The notes under the pieces: model-generated
The model's database searches: none
Told to the model about the DNA's origin: nothing
The model's input: only the letters and a program-made list of their open reading frames with translations
Program-made: the position numbers and the translations under genes
Assembly (NCBI GenBank): GCA_051294375.1
Contig: CM119264.1
Location: 11,073,832 to 11,137,831 of the forward strand
DNA from: Paraspadella gotoi
Taxonomy: Eukaryota; Animalia; Chaetognatha
DNA: 64,000 bases
Direction of reading: 5' to 3'
In this document: one piece after another, positions 63,101 through 64,000 of the stretch
How positions within the stretch are numbered: the stretch's first letter is position 1
Layout of the letters: each line of letters begins with the position of its first letter

Positions 63101-63892
63101 GATATGCTTGAAAAGATGGAACCTTCGATCACAAAAATGATATAAAAAATGTATCAAAGACTCAAATCAGCCAAAAAAAAAGGATTTTATCATCAAAGTC
63201 AAAGCTCACTAGAATTCTTAACTTGCTTTCATACGATTTACATACTCTCGCTGATTATATAAAAAAATTTTGCTGGATTCTAAACCCTGTCACCAAACTT
63301 GAAAATTTTTTTAACAAGATTAATTTGTTTTTTATTAAAACTTTTTAGGGCTTAAACTATTTAATGTCAATGTTAAGCAAAGTGTTGTATTTGAGAAAAG
63401 ATTTATAGTTTAAGAATTAATACCCTAAAATATTCCATTTTATTAATTTATATTGAATTCATCATCAATTTGTTTGAATTTATTTAAAAAAGCGATTCTC
63501 TTCTTAATTTTAGCAAATAAGACCATAAATTTGTCAGTTATATTTCTGTTAGGTAAATAGTCTATTACCTACTAAGAAAATATATTTACCCAAGTTCACC
63601 CGTTAGGAACAACCGATCAGTCAATTTCATCATCTTTTTTTCTCTTTGACCAGACTTGGCATATACTATTAGTCTATTATTAATACCCATATCTAACAAC
63701 ATCAAGCACGTTATTTCAATGAATTTCAGTCCCAACCTGTCTCTTTGCGTCAAGAGCCAGAAATGCGACGAAAGTGGAAATCTGCAGAAGAAAGTCGATG
63801 AGAACGGCCAATGCGGCGTAAAGAGAAAATATCTTGACGGCGGGCATGTCTGTGATTGCGCCAAGAAAAAACGCCACTGCTTCCGAACACCC
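51118..63892 (-). CDS. NPC1: Niemann-Pick C1 sterol transporter, 3' part (5' exons lie beyond the window)
   Basis: [114 protein letters not shown]|[25 protein letters not shown] (54394-54248). Then phase-compatible exons 54132-~53923 and 51215-51118 (TAA). Confidence 0.92.
51845..52836 (+). mobile_element. Helentron-associated element, copy B, with the ~325-bp repeat nested inside
   Basis: Same AAAGTATAGTGATCTCGCCAGA head as copy A, TGATGCGATGATA array, terminal GGGC-TTAA-GCCC-ATCTGGCGAGAT (52808-52831). Confidence 0.7.
52250..52660. repeat. About 1.25 tandem units of the ~325-bp repeat
   Basis: CCAAAGCCTGTCC...CCAATTTCATAAA occurs at ~52253 and again at ~52577, defining a ~325-bp period. 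Confidence 0.85.
53545..53820 (-). mobile_element. Helitron/Helentron-like element end, inverted homologue of 21815-22064
   Basis: Reverse complement shares TTTTAAAAAACAAAA.GCGGCG, GCTTAGATTTGA and GTGACTTATAGAGTTGCTC with the 21815-22064 copy. Confidence 0.65.
54814..59584 (-). mobile_element. DIRS-type tyrosine-recombinase retrotransposon with ~215-bp inverted terminal repeats, in an NPC1 intron
   Basis: 54814-55030 is a near-perfect inverse of 59368-59584. Minus-strand motifs across frames: [52 protein letters not shown]...[39 protein letters not shown]. Confidence 0.9.
59682..60272 (+). mobile_element. TRIM-like miniature LTR retroelement with a tRNA-like module in each LTR
   Basis: Direct repeats 59682-59900 and 60038-60272 (TGTATG...CTCTTCA). 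Polypurine tract GGGAGGGGGGA at 60027-60037 directly before the 3' LTR. PBS-like TGATGAGCCCGCC at 59902. ACAA(T) flanks both ends. Non-coding interior of 137 bp. Confidence 0.75.
60073..60143 (+). pseudogene. tRNA-derived (Gly-CCC-like) segment with Pol III A/B boxes inside the 3' LTR; sister copy at ~59705-59772
   Basis: Acceptor stem CGGCCAT/GTGGTCG, A-box-like TGGTGCTGGAGG, anticodon loop CTCCCAA, T arm CGGGG-TTCTAGC-CCG. The anticodon stem is degenerate, so this is not a functional tRNA. Confidence 0.6.
60607..60730. repeat. Fragment of ~325-bp repeat spanning the unit junction
   Basis: GCAAGATAGCTTATTTATTAAATGAAT...CCAATTTCATAAAATTCAGCTC.TTGTATTTTGAT.CTAG matches ~52275-52395. Confidence 0.8.
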
Positions 63893-64000
63893 TGCAACAA
63901 TTAAACGCCGGGGAAGTATTTTATAAATCTAAAGATATATTTTTTTTAAAAGTACAAAACTTATTTTGTACGTAATAGTTTTTCTTTATAAGAAATTAAA

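Noticed and set aside
63582-63600. TTACCCAAGTT resembles part of the nematode SL1 leader
   Set aside because: Only an 11-nt match; no GGTTTAA start and no TGAG|GT donor directly after it, so likely chance.

Overview
This is animal (invertebrate) genomic DNA with GC-rich exons and AT-rich introns. Ten housekeeping genes all lie on the minus strand. In transcription order they are NPC1 (3' part), RPS25, MYCBP2/highwire/RPM-1, FATP/SLC27A, TIMM50, PORCN, ACTR1, ALG3, RPS3A and an SRSF3/7-like gene (5' part). Six of the stop-to-start gaps are only 155-333 bp, and a pyrimidine-rich 3' splice acceptor sits about 17-56 nt before each ATG. This is the layout expected for a eukaryotic operon resolved by spliced-leader trans-splicing (inference). 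All recognisable transposons lie within genes (introns, plus one interrupting a coding exon): two DIRS-type tyrosine-recombinase retrotransposons, TIR elements/MITEs, Helentron-like elements and a circularly permuted ~325-bp repeat. Besides the operon-like layout, three things stand out. A 2.4-kb hAT-like element with an 8-bp target-site duplication splits a PORCN coding exon (candidate transposon-made intron). A TRIM-like mini-retroelement carries a tRNA-like Pol III module in each LTR. A ~215-nt pseudoknot-capable element lies in an FATP intron. Exon boundaries were read by eye, no database searches were run, and the organism cannot be named from this window.
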